DNA from: Paragordius varius
Taxonomy: Eukaryota > Animalia > Nematomorpha
DNA: 64,000 nucleotides
NCBI GenBank assembly: GCA_964247055.1
Contig: OZ176058.1
Span: forward strand, 3,162,001 to 3,226,000
Direction: 5' to 3'
The translations under genes were made by a program, and so were the position numbers. The notes beneath the pieces were generated by a model, which saw only the letters and a program-made list of their open reading frames with translations, did no database searches and was not told the origin of the DNA. How positions within the stretch are numbered: position 1 is the first letter of the stretch; each line of letters opens with the position of its first letter. This document shows, piece by piece, positions 61,801 to 64,000 of this stretch.

Positions 61801-64000
61801 TTTTAAATGACAAGTAATTTTTTTTGCATGCGTTGAAAGTTTTTGTAATTAAACTCCAATATACAGTAATAAATTAAATTATACAGACAAAATGTAAAAT
61901 CTAAACAGACAAATTTTTAGAAAAGACAAAACTATATTTTCAAAATTTTGTTTTTTAGTGGATATAAATCATTTTGAATTGCATAATAAAGAACGGAGAT
62001 ATTTATTATTAATACATACGATGAAAATCATTTAATTTAATTATTTAATAATTTTTTCAGGGAATATCGAATTTTTAAAAGTTATCTTGTAAAAAAATGT
62101 TGTCTTTTAATTATTACATTTTGTCCGTATAATTTCAATTTTTACTGTTTTAACCTAGCATGTCACACGCATTAATAAATATTTGTGGTGATTTAACTAA
62201 TCATTATGCTTGTAAAATATTTTTTTGCCATCAAATATTTTCATATTTTTAAATCCTATATATACCATTTAGAATTCAAATATTCACTCTAAAAATAAAT
62301 TATATGTTTTCGGGCTATTATATATCATAATTAATATGAAATATATTCATATGGCTATAGTTTATTTTTTTTCGGTATTATATTATTTTAAACAAGTTTT
62401 ATTTTTATAATATAAAAAAGCGGTAATTTTTAATTTTAAAAACACATTATTTATTTTAGGGTAAATTTGAATTGTTCAAGGGTGAATTTGAACTGTAAAT
62501 GGTGTATATAATTTATTTTTTTACACTTTATCTTATTTTTTGTGATATTACAGTAACGGGAACTAATATTGGTCCTGTTGGTTTTTTTTATTGGCTGAAA
62601 TTGAAATATATTGGCAAACTATGAGATTTTTAATGGTTAATTATTAAATTATATAATAAAAGGAAAATCTTTCATAATTGGCATGTAAATTTTATTTTTT
62701 TAACCAATTAAAATATCGAAATAGCCAAAAATATCTCTCTTTACTGTATATAAGCGTTTTTAGAAAAGTTAGTTAGGAAATTCAAAATTTGCAATTATTA
62801 AATTTTTTCATTTTTATATTTTTACAAAAAATATTTATCCTAAAAATAAGTATATAAAAATAAATATTACTTTTACAATTATATTTTGGAACTGAATCGA
62901 TAAAGTCTTAGATACAGTAACATATGGTAAAAAACAAAGTTTGGTTAAAATTAACCACACAAAGTTATGGTAAATGACAAGAAAAAAACTGTTAATTTAG
63001 CCATTTGTTGTTTTTTTACCATACTCTGCTGCTTCGTTGGTATTAATTTAACTTACAGTAAATATGATATTATACGGACAAAACGTAAAAACTAAAATAG
63101 AAATAAACGACAATCATACTTTTTTAAACCGTAATTTTTTTCCATATATTCTATTTAATTACATTTGTAAAACATACCATTTACAATTCAAATTCACCCT
63201 TGAACAATTCAAAACCACCCTAAAAATAAATTATGTATTTTCGGGCAAAATAACTTATCATTAAGAAGAAATATATTCTTATGGCATAAATTATTATTTT
63301 TTCAGTATTATGTTAATTTTTATTGAAATTTTATTTTTTAAAAATATAAAAAAAAATTTAGGCAATTTTCAATCTTAAAAAACACAATATTTTTTAGGCT
63401 GAATTTGAATTGTAAGGTAATCTTGAATTGTTCAAGGGTGAATTTGAATTGTTCAAGAGTGAATTTGAATTAATGGTATATATTGTTGTATTACTAATTT
63501 ACATCTCTTATTCATACTTTACAATTTAAAATAATAATATGGTTGGTTGTCTTAAAGTTTTTACAATTTGTCCGTATATTTTCAATTTAGGCTATATGTT
63601 TGCTGTAATATTTTTAAACCATATTGTATGCGCTGTGCCTATATGCTTTTTGCTTCTTTACACCTTTTGATTGATTGATTTTTTTAGCTTCTGTGCCTGC
63701 TTGATATGTCTCATAAAAAATTTAACACTACAAACGCTTCTACTGTCCCTCCCCTGACCAATATTTCCTCTCCTTCGAAAAATTTTGAATCATCCGCTAT
63801 AAACACAGTTATAACTACTCATGTATCTATCAGTTTCAGTTCTAATAATCAATTTTCTGGTAAAAATGATCATCAGTTCTCTCTTTGTGATAATTTTTCC
63901 AACAATCCCGCGTATGGGAATAATGCGTGCATGCCTCCTACCTTACACCCCAACATTGTATCAAATACTCCTTTGTTTATTAGCAAAAACATCAACAGTT
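47430..64000 (+). CDS. mbl: Muscleblind (MBNL) CCCH zinc-finger splicing regulator, 3' incomplete; join(47430..47813,55989..56138,56492..57299,57703..58080,59309..59397,60060..60924,61437..61480,63688..>64000)
   Basis: Exons 1-2 give [50 protein letters not shown]|[35 protein letters not shown], the hallmark muscleblind ZnF1-ZnF2 pair. Downstream exons join with consistent phases (0,0,1,1,0,1,0), but their membership in one transcript is inferred. Confidence 0.9.
49858..49897. repeat. (TA)n microsatellite
   Basis: Pure TA run; others at about 2576-2603, 9988-10022, 11363-11405, 31040-31070, 33945-33982, 40843-40861, 41956-41985 and 44830-44856. Confidence 0.9.
55989..56138 (+). CDS. mbl: mbl exon 2 (ZnF2 and linker)
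   Basis: ctttttag acceptor, CTT|gtaagc donor; [16 protein letters not shown]. Too short to appear in the ORF track. Confidence 0.95.
56492..57299 (+). CDS. mbl: mbl exon 3 (Gly/Pro/Gln/Asn-rich)
   Basis: ccattaccag acceptor in ORF 56414; G|gtttta donor (read-through stops at 57316). Confidence 0.8.
57703..58080 (+). CDS. mbl: mbl exon 4 (Asn-rich; [12 protein letters not shown]...GLYE)
   Basis: cctatttag acceptor, A|gtaagt donor; includes ORF 57867. Confidence 0.7.
58110..59090. repeat. Old, degenerate MITE-A-like element with a long array of diverged 21-nt-type units
   Basis: Units such as AATTCCCCCATAAAC, AATTCTCCCTTCAAC and AATTTACCCTTAAAA through about 58855; right arm AAGGGTGAATTATAAATGTTCAAGGG at about 59040-59070. 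Confidence 0.6.
59309..59397 (+). CDS. mbl: mbl exon 5 ([10 protein letters not shown]...YTQQK)
   Basis: ttatatag acceptor, AAG|gtattt donor; phase fits. Confidence 0.65.
60060..60924 (+). CDS. mbl: mbl exon 6 (Asn/Ser/Thr-rich)
   Basis: ccatttag acceptor in frame with ORF 60099 (278 aa); G|gtatat donor. Confidence 0.7.
61437..61480 (+). CDS. mbl: mbl exon 7 (44-nt small exon, [15 protein letters not shown])
   Basis: ttttttag acceptor, AAA|gtatgt donor; phase 1 in, phase 0 out. Confidence 0.62.
62265..62502. mobile_element. MITE-A full copy
   Basis: TA CCATTTAG...GTAAATGG with both arms intact. Confidence 0.85.
63177..63476. mobile_element. MITE-A nested in a MITE-B copy (63056-63593)
   Basis: TA|CCATTTAC...TAATGG|TA lies between the MITE-B left and right arms. 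Confidence 0.82.
63601..63798 (+). promoter_or_regulatory. YGCY cluster (candidate MBNL-binding splicing element) around the exon 8 acceptor
   Basis: YGCY starting at 63601, 63631, 63636, 63644, 63651, 63694, 63698, 63735 and 63795. Confidence 0.5.
63688..64000 (+). CDS. mbl: mbl exon 8, runs off the window ([12 protein letters not shown]...)
   Basis: tttttttag acceptor at 63686-63687; frame is open for 104 codons to the window end. Confidence 0.6.

Overview
Very AT-rich (roughly 80% by eye) genomic DNA from an invertebrate animal with GT-AG introns; the taxon cannot be fixed from this window. Three + strand multi-exon genes can be assembled by hand with consistent splice phases and no internal stops. 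(1) The last 10 exons (58-14647) of a divergent DHX9/RHA-1/maleless-type DEAH RNA helicase (HA2-OB region plus a Pro/Arg/Gly/Tyr-rich tail). (2) A probable TMEM143/DUF3754-family gene (about 16133-26187, about 618 aa). (3) muscleblind (mbl/MBNL; 47430 to beyond the window end), with one CCCH zinc-finger pair and a very long low-complexity extension. Introns and intergenic DNA are packed with non-autonomous DNA transposons: three TA-TSD MITE families, a TTAA piggyBac-like family, a hAT-like MITE and a 2.25-kb foldback element. A decayed RTE-type LINE and (TA)n tracts are also present. The top observation is a TMEM143 intron (24507-24923) that is almost exactly one MITE copy: its TIR supplies the donor, and removing it restores an in-frame exon, which is the footprint of an Introner-like intron gain. 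Other highlights are a six-unit tandem array of a helicase 3' splice site/exon start with mostly synonymous divergence, and a dense YGCY cluster at an mbl 3' splice site suggesting autoregulation. Family assignments rest on remembered motifs, not database searches; most short ORFs in the supplied track are AT-rich noise or repeat read-through.
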